Shown piece by piece: positions 18,558-32,621 of a DNA stretch of 64,000 nt. The stretch comes from the human T2T-CHM13v2.0 reference genome, Homo sapiens. The stretch lies in the NCBI RefSeq assembly GCF_009914755.1, contig NC_060940.1. One strand, written 5' to 3'. Every line of letters starts with the position of its first letter. Positions within the stretch are counted from its first letter, which is position 1. The notes under the pieces were generated by a model that worked only from the letters and a program-made list of their open reading frames with translations, was not told the origin of the DNA and ran no database searches. Made by a program: the position numbers and the translations under genes.

Positions 18558-19463
18558 GAAGGTAACTGTGGCTCACCCCACAGGGGGTTCTCAGAGTCTC
18601 CAGTGGGAGGGGGGAGCTGGGGTATTTATACTCTCCTGTCCATCTTGCCCTTGCCCCATTGGCTCTAGGAAAACACACAGGCAAAGCAGGTTCCAACATC
18701 ATGAGGAGTGTCTCTAGCTAAGAGGTGCAGGGGCTGCTGTTGGAAGTGAAAGCTCACCAGGACCTGGTGGGAATGAAGATGGTGACAGGATCTGAGGGAC
18801 TGTGGGCTCCTGCCAACCACCATCATGGTGACACAGAGGAAAGAGTCTTTACTCCACCTCTGTCATCCACTACCTTGGTGGGAATTGACCAGTAGGGTGG
18901 CCCTAAATGAGTCACTGGCCTCTCTGCCTTACTTTCTCCACATACAGTCCACACCAGCTGGGACCAGAGCTGCTAGGAAAAAGAATGGATGATGCCCACT
19001 CACCCCCATCCATGTGCACCCCAACCCAGCTGGCGCTTGGGGAGTGTCAGCAGGTGGAGGTGGTAGAGCCCTCATACCTATCAGCATCAACTCACTTACA
19101 GAGGGACTGAGGAGCCCCTGGGAGAAACAGGACCCCCAAATCAGATAGCCCTCCCCATGAGTGAGCTCAGGATATTCAAACACAGGTCTTGAAATGCGGC
19201 ACCTGGATTCTTGGCCAAGGTACCTCGAGGACTGGATTTTCATTTCTCAGCCTCACTTGGCCTTTATACCTCCGAGACGCTGCATTCACCATTCATAATT
19301 TTAGCTCAGTTCACTTGGAAAAACCCAACCACAAAGCAGAGAACTTGAGAAAGGCCCCAGTCTGCATTTGGTGGGTCCAGGCATGGCCACTTCTACCCAA
19401 AGGGTGGTGTCAAGGCCCCTCCCTGTGTTCTGCCACAGCCAGGAGACTTTCATCCAACTGTAG

Positions 19464-19883
<420 letters not shown>

Positions 19884-20211
19884 TGAATCTCAGAGAAGAA
19901 AAGGGACTGGCCAAGGCCACCCAGGGGGGTGAGACCATCTCTCCTCTTTCATCTTGTGCCCTTCCCTACAATCCCACCTCCAGACCACATGCAAAGTGAG
20001 CTTGTTGCCCAGCAGTAACTGGATCCCGTAGACGCCTGCTCAAAACTTTCTTGAGGCTTCCCTGCCTACACAGTTGAATCTCAGTGCCACGTGGCCTGGC
20101 CCTGGCGACTTCTCCCCCACTCTCAGCCCCTGCCACTCTATCTTCCTCTCCAGCCCGGGCCACACCGCCCACCGTCCTTGGTAGCTGCTCTTGGAATGCA
20201 CCAAAGTTGAC

Positions 20212-20367
20212 TTGGGGACTATGCCCTCGCCGTCTCCCTTGCCTGGCACACCCTCCACACGCCTTGGTGACTATGCCCTTGCCATCTCCCTTACCTGGAA
20301 CACTCTCCACACGCTTTGGGGACTATGCCCTCGCCATCACCCTTGCCTGGCATGCCCTCCACATGCC
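20212..20367. repeat. Minisatellite, 3 x 52 bp, inside an L2-like relic
   Basis: Unit ttggggactatgccctcgccgtctcccttgcctggcacaccctccacacgcc starts at 20212, 20264 and 20316. Confidence 0.9.
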
Positions 20368-21216
20368 CTGGCATGCTCATCACACGGCCAGCTCTTCCAT
20401 GTCCTTCAGGTGGCAGCTCAGAGGTCACTTTCTGGAGGAGCCACGGTTGGTGCCACACTAGGACCTTATGACACTCACTCTCTGGCAAACACCTGGGACT
20501 CTGCCTGGGGGCTGTCTCTGTCTTCTAGAAGCCTCAAGACCCAACAGTCAAGGCCAAAGGTCTGGAGTGGTGAAGCCCCCAGATGCTGCACCCAACCATT
20601 GACTTTCAGGAGCTGATGTACCCCCAATCATCCAACACATCACTCCATCAAGTTCCTTCCCATCTTCATCTGGAAGTATCCAGGTGACTTGCTTGTTGAC
20701 TATGTGTTTCCCCAACTCGAATGTAAGCTTCTTGAAAACAGGTTCATGATCACCCTCTTCCCCCAGTCCATGTCCCCAGCCCCAGGACAGCTCCTGACTG
20801 ATAGCAGGTCCCCTGTACATAATTGATGAATGAAGAATGAATGAATGAATGAATGAATGAGTGGGTGATGGAATAAGTCAATGAACCCCAATCCAGTGCT
20901 CCTTCTCCCCTCTTCCTCAGCTCTCACTGGAGCTAGAAAACAAAAATCTACCTTCAACCATCTCCTGACTCAGCCCCATCCCCAAGGAGGGGCTCACACC
21001 CTGGTCCCTGGGAGATTTTTTTGTTTTTGTTTTTGTTTTTATAAGATCTACACCCAGCCTCAACCCTGAACTCTGAATGAATTCGTCTGGCAGGGGGACC
21101 CAGGCAGCAGCGTTCTTAAAAAACTGCCCAGGAGGTGCCAATGTGCAGCCAGGGTGGAGAACCACTGGTTTAGAATTTGGGGAGTAGGGGAGGACCCAGA
21201 CAGAATCCAAGGTTCT

Positions 21217-21326
21217 AGGGTGGCCAACTCTCCTAGTTTCCCCAGACCAAGGGGATTCTCAGGAGGCAGGCTCTGCAGTGCTAAAACTGAGATAGTCCAA
21301 GCAAACCAGGATGAGTGGGTCACTCT
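21217..21326. mobile_element. MER94-like element next to a MER5A-like relic (~21060-21170)
   Basis: agggtggccaactctcctagtttccc...gtgctaaaactg...gggtcactct terminal pattern. Confidence 0.5.
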
Positions 21327-22651
21327 ACGTGTTCCCCATGCCACCTGGATAACAGACCAGCCAGCCACACCGCTGCCCTGGCCACTTCTAGAGGTCCAAG
21401 TCTCTTGAGATCCCCACTGCCTTGTGGAGAGGGCCATGAATCCTGCTCTAGACCTTGAACATCAGAGGAGGGGAAAGGGCCACAGACGGACAGCATGGGG
21501 TGAGATTGGAACCACGGCTCAGGCAACTGATGCTGATGAAGATCAGGCCATCCTTCCTCCTTTCCTCACCCCCACCCCAACCTAGGCAGGTGTGATTCTA
21601 ACAGAGGGAGCTGGGCTTTCCCATGTGGCTTGTGGGCAGTGCCTATTCATTGTGAGAGTCTTTTGGGGTCAGGCTGGATTTGTTTCCGCTTCATTATCCC
21701 CTACCCAGGCCTGGCACATATTAGGTGCTCAGTAAACAGAGGCACGATACTAAAGGCATGCAAGAAATTGATCACCATGTCAGCTGGGAACGACCTAGCT
21801 TTTTCACCCACTTTCCTCACTGCACACACCCAGTGTCTGCTATAGTGTCAGACACAGTGGAGATGCTCAATGCCTGTTTGTTGACTGAACAAAAGAAAAC
21901 ATTGACAGCTTTTCCAAACAGGCTTCTGTCTCACTCCAGCCTCTTGCCCATTACTCTGTTGGGGATTTGGGGGCCTTTTCCTCACACCCCTTGGTCTGAG
22001 TATTCATCCAACCACATGAATAAAATTAAACTTTTATCTGTTCTGTTATGTAGGGCAAAACTACCAGCTGACCCTAATATCTTCTTACATCAGATGAGGA
22101 TTTTTGGCTGGCTCATGGTCCTATCAGCTAAAGATCACCCTTCTTGGCCTCCCCTGCAAGGAGTATGGTAATGTAAAGTAAAGCTAATAAAGTAAGTTGT
22201 GCCACTTTGGGATTATATTTTCCCTCTGGTAGAATGCAGTTGTGATGGTAGGAGCTGGAGCAGCCATGTTGAATCATGAGGTGGGAGCCATGAATAAAGA
22301 TTGGGAAACCAAGAAAGAGAGGGAAGCTGAGACCCTGCCCTATAGAGCCCCCTTATCTGTTCTGAATAGTTGATACTTGGACTGTTACCCAAGAAAGAAA
22401 TACATTTGTCTCTGCCTGGCCTTTGTCACAGCAGCCATACCTATATCTTACCTTATTTTGAATCATGCAAAAAATGGGTAGATGGATATTTGTCCACTGT
22501 GGTGTCGTGTTTGAGATCTTTTGGCTTAAGACACTGGCTCCATGACTCATGCATGGGGAAGCCCCCTAAAGAGATAAGCACTTACCCAGGGTACAGAGGA
22601 GTAGAAACTAAGCATGAAGAGAGGCTCTCAGGACTGCCAGTGGGAAAAGGG

Positions 22652-23050
22652 TGCTATGGCTTGGATATTTGTTCCCTACAAACCTCATGTTGAAATTTGA
22701 TCCCCAATGTTGGAGGTGGGGCCAAATGGGAGGTGTTTAGGGCATGGGGCATGGGGATGGATCTCTCCCTCCCATGGGGTGAGTTCTTGTTCTATTAGTT
22801 TCCAAGAGAGCTGGTTGTTAAAAAGAGCCTGGCACCTGCCCCTACTCTTGCTTCTTCTCTGTCCATGTGATCTCTGCACACGTGGACTTCTCTTCACCTC
22901 CCACCACAAGTGGAAGCAGTCTGAGGCCCTCACTGGATGCCCAGTCTTGAACTTCCAGCCAGCAGAATCATGAGCCAAATAAACCTCTTTTCTTTGTAAA
23001 TTACCCAGCATCAGTTATTCCTTTATAGCAACATGAAATGGACCAAGACA
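22652..23050 (+). mobile_element. MST-family MaLR LTR (a second truncated MST lies at ~23250-23465)
   Basis: tgctatggcttggatatttg...ccccaatgttggaggtggggcc...aataaacctctttt...gaccaagaca. Confidence 0.75.
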
Positions 23051-23467
23051 AAGGGACTTCAGTATTAAGATACTAAGCATAAAAAATGGCAGTTTCCATA
23101 GGTGCCCCAGTGTAAGAGCTACATGGGCAGACACTCCAAAACACAAGTGCTACTTTGCACTGTGCTGCTTCTCCCAGGGCCCAGAGAGATTAAGCAACTT
23201 GACCAAGGTCCCACTGGTAAGTGGCAGAGCTAGGACTTAAGTCCAGCTGTGATATGATTTGGATTTGTGTCCCACCCAAATTTCATGTTGAACTGTAATC
23301 CCCAATGTTGGAGGTGGGGCTTGGTGGGAGGTGATTGGATCAGGGGGGCAGTTTCTCGTGAATGGGTGCTCATGAACAGCATCCCCTGCGTGCTGTCCTT
23401 CTGATAGTGAGTGAGTGAGTTATTGCAAGATCTGTTTGTTTAAAAGTGCGTAGTACCTCCCCCCTTT

Positions 23468-24280
23468 GGAGCAACAGGAATTCTCATTCACTGTTGGTGG
23501 GGATGCAATAATGGTGAAGCCACTCTGGAAGACAGCTTGGCAGTTTTTAACAAAATAAACATACTCCTACCATGCAACCCAGGAATCAGGCCCATTGGCA
23601 TTTACCCACATGAGCTAGAAACTCATGTCTACACAAAAAACTACACATGGATGTTTATAGCAGCTTTATGCATGATTGTCGGAACTTGGAAGCAACCAAG
23701 ATGTCCCTCGGCAGGTGAATGGATAAAAACCGAGGTACATCCAGACAATGGAATATTATTCACTGCTAAAAAGAAATGAGCTATCAAGCCACAAAAATAC
23801 ATGGAGGAAACTTACATGCATGTTAGTAAGTGAAAGAAGCCAATCTGAAAAGGCTATTCTCTGTATGATTCCAACTCTATGACATTCTGGAAAATCTATG
23901 GAGACAGCAAAAAGATCAGTGGTTGCCAGGGGTTGAGGGGAGACAGGAATAAACGGGTGGAGCACAGGGGATTTTTAGAGCAGGGCAAACTCTGTATGGC
24001 ACAGTAATGGTGGATTCATGTCATTACCCATTGGCCCAGCCTCACAGAATGTACCTCGAGCACATTCATCCACCCTAATGTAAACCATGGACTTGGGGTG
24101 ATGATGTGTCAATATAGATTCATCAGTTGTAACAAATGTTCCACTCTGGAGAGGGATGTTGAGAATGGGACAAGCTGTGCCTGTTTTGGGGGAGGGCGGA
24201 CAAGGGAAACCTCTATCTTCTGTTCAGTTTTGCTGTGAACCTAAAACTGCTCTAAAAAGTAGAATCTATTTTTAAAAATC
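23468..24280 (+). mobile_element. Old L1M (L1MB/MC-like) 3' fragment
   Basis: ggagcaacaggaattctcattcac...atgtttatagcagctttat...ggaatattattcactgctaaaaagaaatg...gtgaacctaaaactgctctaaaaa. Confidence 0.75.
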
Positions 24281-25483
24281 TGAGGGTTTGGGTTGAGGAC
24301 TGAGGACTTATAGGGCCGTCTCCAGGCCTTTAGGATGGTCCTGGCTTCTGGTCCCAGAGCTCATGAGGGGTATCCCAGTATTGTACAGGAGAACCAGGAG
24401 AGGCTTACAGCAGATTTGGAGCCAGGGAGCCCAGGCTCGTCTGCTTCTGAGGGGCAGCCTGGGGCCCTCAGTGGTACAGGAGCAGTGGCCCCTGACTGGC
24501 ATGAGGTTGGCATAAGCCTTCCCTGGGATATACTCAGAGCTTGGCATGTTCAAGTTGAAAATCATTCTTAGAATTTCTCGGCCGAGCGCGGTAGCTCACA
24601 CCTGTAATCCCAGCACTTTGGGAGGCTGCGGTGGGTGGATCCTAGCCCAGGTTTCTCAGCTGAGGCACTGCTGACATTTTGGGTTGGATAACTCTATGTT
24701 GTGAAATTCTGTCCTGTGCACTGTAGGATTCAGCATCTGTGGTCTCCACCCACTAGATACCAGACACACCTTCCCTCCCTGTTGTAACAATGCAGAATGT
24801 CTCCAGACATGGCCAAATGCCCCATTGAGAACACTGCTCTCATCACCTTCACTTTCCAGATAGGGAAAACTGAGGCCTGTGGGGGCCAGGACTTACCCAG
24901 GGTTTCACAGCACCTGAGAGCTGCTCAGGCAAGGTGGATTTGGAGCTGCCCTGCCCAATTCCTTGGCACTCGAAAATCCAGCACATGCCCAATGTCCCAG
25001 GCAAGCTGTGGCTCTGCACCTGTGGGCTCCATCCACCGGGGCCAGGGTGAGAAGGAGGCAGTGAATGCCCCAGGAGCAGCCCCCCGTAGTGATGGTCTGG
25101 GTGGAGGGTAAATGCCCCATCTCCCTCGCCCCAAAGTGGAATTGAGCCTCAGTTGCTCATCACCTATTCTGACTTCGTTTCCTTCCTGGATCCCTCCCCA
25201 AATAAACTATTCCCACCCGCATCCTTATCTCAGGATCTGTTTCTAGGGAACCCAAGGATTGCATTGTATCTTGCCTGTACTTCCTGCCTTCAAGATTCTC
25301 TGCACCAGGTTATGATCTGGAGTATTCCTGAGCCTGGGAAGCCAACAGACTGTCTATGTTTGTCCGGTGGCTGGAGCCCAGCTGGTAGGCAACGGTGCAG
25401 CCCTGTGGGTGGGGCCATCTGTCCGGCATTCATTCGGCTTGGTCTGGTATTCTTTCTAATGCTAATGCCCTGCTGAATTTCTT

Positions 25484-27468
25484 TCTTTCTTTTTTTTTTT
25501 TTTTGTTTTTTTTTCACCAAAATGATTTTTATTTCGTGTTTAATTGGGTATGCACACAGGCTTGACACAGGTTTGGATTCATTAAGTCCTTATGCAGAAT
25601 TATATTCTTCTTGATAAAGAAGCCCGTTCCATCCAGGATCCACTATCTACACACCTATGTTACAACATTTCTATCAAATCTGGTATCTGCAGAAAAGATA
25701 CACATTTAATATGTTCATTTAAGTTATGTATTTTGCAGAAAGATTAAAAATTCAAGTCACGCAAAACTCAAAAACTGTATCAAAAGTTTGAATATAAAAC
25801 TCAGATCCACCTGGAATGACTAAAGAATTGAAGTTCTGTATCCACCTGTGTTAAAACTGGTAAATGTAATGAAATTTGTTACCGATAAAACACATTCATT
25901 TATTCAACGTAAGTTATCTAATTTTAACAATAGGGCACCTTGAAAACCAAATGTATTTTTATGATGAGGCACTTCTGTTTGTGATGAAACCAAAAGAACA
26001 AATTTGCTGCACACTAATGCCGGCGATTTTCTTCAGTGACTTGGGGTATATGCTATGTAGTAAGTTGCAACAAATGCCTCGCTCATTTGTATATGACTAT
26101 CCGATATATTTTTAAATATATATATATATGTTCTTCTGGCTGTAGCAATGCACTGTAAAGCTATTTTACAGCGCAAAATGATGAAACCAGCCCAAATGAA
26201 GGCTGCATAATAACAATTCTGGTACAAGAAAATATTGACAGAGTTGCTGGAATGTGTAACAGTAGCTTTTTACTTGCTAGAGTAGACATACCCCCAGTTT
26301 AAAGACAGGGATGAAATTGTGATTTATTGCCTGAGGTTTCAGACAGTTTATGAGGTTGGGCATTCGCTGCAGAACTAGCATTTTTGCTCACGTTCTGGAA
26401 GCTTTCTCCGTTTATTTGGTCAGGTGACTGCGGTGGTATGGAAAGAAGGGGCCTGTTTGTTGAAGCCAAGGTGCTGGAAGAACTGCCTGTGTCGTACTGA
26501 CAAGCCAAAGGTGTGTCGGTCGTGGCTATTTCTCGTGTCCTTGGGTTCTCTGCCTGGGGATCTCCGCTTTCTCCGCTGCTAAGGTCAGAGGTACTAGTGT
26601 GTAGGCAATTCCTGGCCAGCCAGTCTGAGATGGAAACGTCCTGGGCTGAGCATTTTGGTTTTAACCGGCTTACAGCTGAAAGTTCAGATTCTCTCTCCCA
26701 ACTCCGCTCATGCGCTTTCCAAAAATTCCAAACGCTGATTTCAGTAGCATCTCTGTGCCCTCCTAGCGTATGTCTGCGCCGGGTGCTTTTCCTTTTAGCA
26801 GTCGCGGCATTCGCTTTGTGTTTCCCTACTCCAAACACGTCATCCGCAGGGGCTCTGGGTCTCAGTTTTAGCTGATCTGCTTTTTTCGTTTTCCATGTGG
26901 ATTCCTGTTTTTCGGATCCACCTCTGGTGGGTGTCAGTAAACTCACAGTTGACTTTCCTTTTTTCATAACATCAAACACTTTAGTTAATGAAGGTGTTTC
27001 TTTCTCGTTCTTGGCATCTCCTAGACTTCCACTGTCTGACTTGAATCTCGCTGATTTTTTCCTGGAGAGAATATCACATGTGATGAGTTTATGGGAACTG
27101 AAGAGCTGTCTCCGGCTATCTAAACTTGATGTTAAACTTCCCTCGGTGCAACTTACTTCACTTCATTCAGAATTTCTCCGGCTGCTCTTAGTCACTTTTT
27201 GCAGTTCTCCTCGGAAAAGCCTCTCTGAAGTCAAAGCTGTGGGGAAAATGGGAAACTCGTTCCCGCTGTCGGTTTCCACAGGCCGCCCTTCAAGGATCAG
27301 TTCGCTTTTCTCGTCGTCTGCCTCGTCCCCCTTGCTCTCTGCCACGACTGCACCTCAGGGCTCAGTCTACTGGAGTCCAGGCTAGTCAAGTATGTAGCAG
27401 ACGATGTGGTGGAATAATCTGAGGTGATGGTGCTGACGTTGGCCAAAAACTCACTATGTTTCCTTTCT
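25484..27468 (-). pseudogene. 5'-truncated processed pseudogene (retrocopy) of ARHGAP21: C-terminal CDS, 3'UTR and poly(A)
   Basis: ORF 26299..26979 (...[15 protein letters not shown]...LKPKCSAQD...FHPCL*) resembles the ARHGAP21 C-terminus. There is an in-frame TGA at 27163-27165, AATAAA at 25533-25528 and a poly(A) tract at 25514-25484. TSD atgccctgctgaatttctt at 25465-25483 and 27469-27487. Confidence 0.9.
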
Positions 27469-28070
27469 ATGCCCTGCTGAATTTCTTATAACAGTTTTAT
27501 TGAGGTATAATTCCCATACCATACAACTCATCCATTAAGAGTGTACAATTCAATGGCTTTTTTTCTTTTCTTTCTTTTTTTGGAGACAGTCTCACTCCAT
27601 CACCCAGGCTGGAGTGCAGCAGCACGACCTCCGCCTCCTGGGTTCAAGCAGTTCTCCCACCTCGCCTCCGAGTAGCTGGACCACCATGTCTGCTAACTTT
27701 TCGAATTTGTTTATAGCGATGAGGTCTCCCTGTGTTGCCCAGACTGGTCTCGAACTCCTGGGCTCAAGTCATCATTTCACCTCAGCCTCCCAAAGTGCTG
27801 GGATTACAGGTGTGAGCCACTGTGCCCAGCCATTGGCTTTTAGTATACAAACAAAGTTGTCCAAGCTTCACCACAGTCAATTTTAGAACACCTTTCTTTT
27901 TTACTTTTTCTTTTTAGAGAGAGAGGGTCTCACTTTGTGGCCCAGGCTAGAGTACAGCGGTGGGATCACAGCTCACTGCAGCCTCCAACTCCTGGGCTCC
28001 TGCCTCAGCCTCCTGAGTAGCTGGGACTGCAGGAGTGCGCTACCATGCTCAGCTAATTTTATATTTGTAG

Positions 28071-28193
<123 letters not shown>

Positions 28194-30552
28194 TAACTTT
28201 TGAGAAACTGGCAGGCTATTTTCCAAAGCTTCACTCTATCAAAAAATATATATATTTTTTAAACAATAGCATAACATATATAAAGTGCAAAATCATAAAT
28301 GTACAACTTAATGCATTTTCAGAAACTGAACACTCCCGGAGATCCAGCATCCAGACCAAGAAACAGGATGTTTGCAGCCCCCAGAAGCCCCTGTGGGGGT
28401 CAGTCGCTTCCAGCCACTCCCCTGCCAGAGGAACCATTGTCCTGCCTCCTAATAGCACAGTTTTTGTTTCCTTTCTGGATTTTAAATATTCTCCAGTTTA
28501 GGCATGGTGCCTCACACCTGTAATCCCAGCATGTTGAGAGGCCAAAGTGGGAAGATTGCTTGAGCCCATGAGTTTGAAACCAGCCTGGGCAACAGAGTGA
28601 GACCTCGTCTCTAAAAAAAATTAAAAAATTAGCTGAGCTTGGTGGTGCATGTCTATAGTCCCAGCTACTTGGGAGGCTGAGACAGGAGGCTCATTTGAGC
28701 CCAGGAGTTCGAGGCTATAGTGAGCTGTGATTATGTCACTACACTCCAGCCTGGGTGACAAAGTGAGATGCTGTCTGTAAAAATAAATAATATAATAAAT
28801 ATATAAATATAATAAATAAATAAATAAAATATAATAAATGAGTATTCTCCTTTCCTGGTGAGGGGTGGAGGCTGGCAGGAGGGCCAGGCTGAGGATGTCA
28901 GAAGAGAAACCTTACTCCCAGATCCTAGAAGGAGAGAGGCACCCCAGCGAGGCGTGGGGACTGGGGCCTTTGAGGCTTCCTCCTCACAGCCCCTTGCACC
29001 TTCCCACCTGCTGGGAGTTTTAGGGGGTTTCCAGAGGCTGCAGAACCAGGACAATATTTTCTAGAGTCCTTGAGTTTGGTGTGACCACAGGCAGCCTGAA
29101 ACCGAAAGCCAGGCCTTGGGACTGGGCGGCTGCTTCCCTTGGCTGGGATTTAAGCACAGGCCAGACACACATGAGGCCTTCAGAGCCATCCTGCCAGCCG
29201 TGTGACCCAACAGGCAGGGTCATGCATGTCTTTATCTGACATCAGAACCCACCTGGAGAGCCGCTGTGTCTTAGGTGTGTCCTGAGACCAAAGCTGGAAG
29301 TTCAGAGCACATTGCCCAGAAGAAGTGAGACATTTTCGAATTTTTTTTTTAAATTTGGACACAGGGTCTTGCTGTGTCACCCAGGCTGGAGTGCAGTGGT
29401 GCAATCTTGGCTCACTGCAGCCTTGACCTCCTGGGCTCAAGCGATCCTTCCACTTCTCAGTCCCGCGAGTAGCTGGGACTACGGTGTACACCACCACATC
29501 CGGCTAATTTTTGTATTTTTTGTAGAGATGGGATTTTGCCAAGTTTCCCAGGGTGGTCTCAAACTCCTGGGCTCAAGTGATCCACGCACCTCAGCCTCCT
29601 AAAGTGCTGGGATTATAGGCATCAGCCATCGCACCCAGCCTTGGAATGTTTTAAGGGACAGTCATGATAAGACTGTTGCTGATGCCACGAGAAGCGCCCA
29701 GGAAGCAGGGTGTGCTGGCTAGCTTCTGTTGCCTCCAGAGGGATTCCCCTCCCTTCTCTTCCCTTCCCCACCTGCCGTCTGCACAGATGCTGACCATAAG
29801 AGCCCCAATCAGCAGGCAGCTGTGGTGCCCACCACCCACAGGCTCCCATTGGCCAATGCGGGGCCCAGACAGGAGATTGGAAGGTGGAGGAGAATGAGCA
29901 CACTGTTTTTATACCTCTGGCTCTGCCCATCAAAGATAAACAGAGCCCACCACTAGCTAATGCACTGAAGAAGATTTCATTCAGTAAAACCATTGCAACA
30001 GGGAAGAGGGACCAGCATGAACCAAACCCAATTTCCCCAAAATAAAATGCTGGAGACTTGTTATTTTTTTTGAAACAGGGTCTCTCTGTCACCCATGCTG
30101 AAGTGTAGTGGCATGATCATAGCCCACTGCAGCCTCCACCTCTCAGGCTCAAGTGATCCGCAGCCACCAGAGTAGCTGGGACTACAGACGCAGACCACCA
30201 TGTCTGCTAATTTTTAGAACTTTTTTTGTAGAGACAAGGTCTCTCTGTGTTGCCCAGGCTGGTATGGAACTCCTGGACTCAAGCCATCCTCTCACCTCGG
30301 CCTCCCAAAGTGCTGGGGCTGCAGGTGTGAGCCACCACCCCTGGGCGTCCCTGCTTCCATCTTCACCTGGCCTTCTCCTCTCTCTCCTGTGTCTCAAATC
30401 TCCCTCTACTTTCTTTATAGGGACACAAGTCTTTGGATTTTGACCTGTGTCAAACCTATATCAAGGATGATCTCATCTTGAGATTCTTAATGAAATCTGC
30501 AAAGATCCTATTTCGAATTAAGTTTGCTCATGTATGGAGAGTTAGGACTTGA

Positions 30553-31008
<456 letters not shown>

Positions 31009-31839
31009 TAGTAGAGACGGGGTTTCACCATGTTGGCCAGGCTGGTCTGGAACTCCTAACCTCAAGTGATCTGCCCCCTCAGCCTCCCAAAGTGCTGGGA
31101 TTACAGGCATGAGCCACTGTACCTGGCCACGGACATATATTTTTTAGGGACACAATTTAACTCACTGCATTCTACCTGCCTCCATCTTTTCCCATCATTC
31201 TGCTTTCTATACAGGGCAACAGAAGGCTGGGTCGGTACGGAAGACAGGTGAGGCCTCTATGAATGAGTATCCAGACAACTGACTAAAAGAGTTTAGGGAT
31301 TCTCTAAAAAGAGAAGTGAGAAGACAGAAGAGAAGAAGGCATCAAAGAAATAAAGCCAGAAATTTTCCTGGAACGGAAGAATACGGAGCGGTAGATGAAT
31401 GGTGGTTCTTTCAATATCTTGTTCCAATGAATGGATGGGAAGGCACCCTGATGATAACAGGTTTGGCAGTCAGGTGGGGTGGAAGATGGAAATTAGTTCT
31501 TAGCCTTTCCACAAGTAGCCTTTTAGTAGGTATAAACTCACACACCGTCAAGAGAATTGAGGCAATGTTGATGAGTAAAGCAGGCATGTGCAAGGCGATA
31601 AGGAGGAGTGGAAATTGTGTCCAACAATGGACACAATCCGTGATGTAAAAGGACGTTCCCTTTGCATCAGTCTGCTCAGCCTGCCATATTAAAGAACCAT
31701 GGACTGGGTGGCTTCGGCAATAAAAAGGTTTATTTTCTGGCTGGGCGCAGCGGCTCATGCCTGTAATCCAAGAGTTTGGAAGGCTGAAGCGGGAGGATCA
31801 CTTGAGGCCAGGAGTTCAAGACTAGCCTGGGCAACATAG

Positions 31840-32085
<246 letters not shown>

Positions 32086-32590
32086 TGATCTGCCTGCGTC
32101 GGCCTCCCAAAGTGCTGGGATAACAGGCGTGAGCTACCGCGCCTGGCCCCTAATGACTTCATTTTAACCCGATGTCCTTGTTGAAGAGTTGGTCTCCAAT
32201 TACAGTCACATTCTGAGGCGCTAGGTTTTAGGACTTCACCATATGAATAGGGGTGGGGGACTCAATTCAGCCCCTAACACCTTCTGTGAAGACATTTCCC
32301 TTCACATTAAGAATAATTCATGTTGAGCCTGGGCAACATAGCAAGACCCTATCTCTACGAAAATTTTTTTAAAAATTAGCTGGGTGTGGTGGTACATGCC
32401 TGTAGTCCCAGCTACTCAGGAAGCGGCAGGATCGATCGAGCCCAGGAGTTCAAGACTGTGGTGAGCTATAATCATGCCACTGCACTCCAGCCTAGTTGAC
32501 AGAGTGAGGCCCTGTTCCGAATAAATAAATAAATAAAAATACTTCATTTTGCATGCCAACCACTCTTGTCCACCCTCCCACCCCACCACT

Positions 32591-32621
<31 letters not shown>

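Noticed and set aside
20212-20367. Regularly spaced repeats considered as a CRISPR-like array
   Set aside because: The units are contiguous with no unique spacers, and the context is eukaryotic.
26513-27385. Plus-strand ORFs of 120 and 162 aa
   Set aside because: They are antisense shadows of the ARHGAP21 retrocopy reading frame.
31365-31373. Perfect GAS TTCCTGGAA
   Set aside because: An isolated short motif in probable L1-derived sequence, expected by chance in 64 kb, with no supporting cluster.
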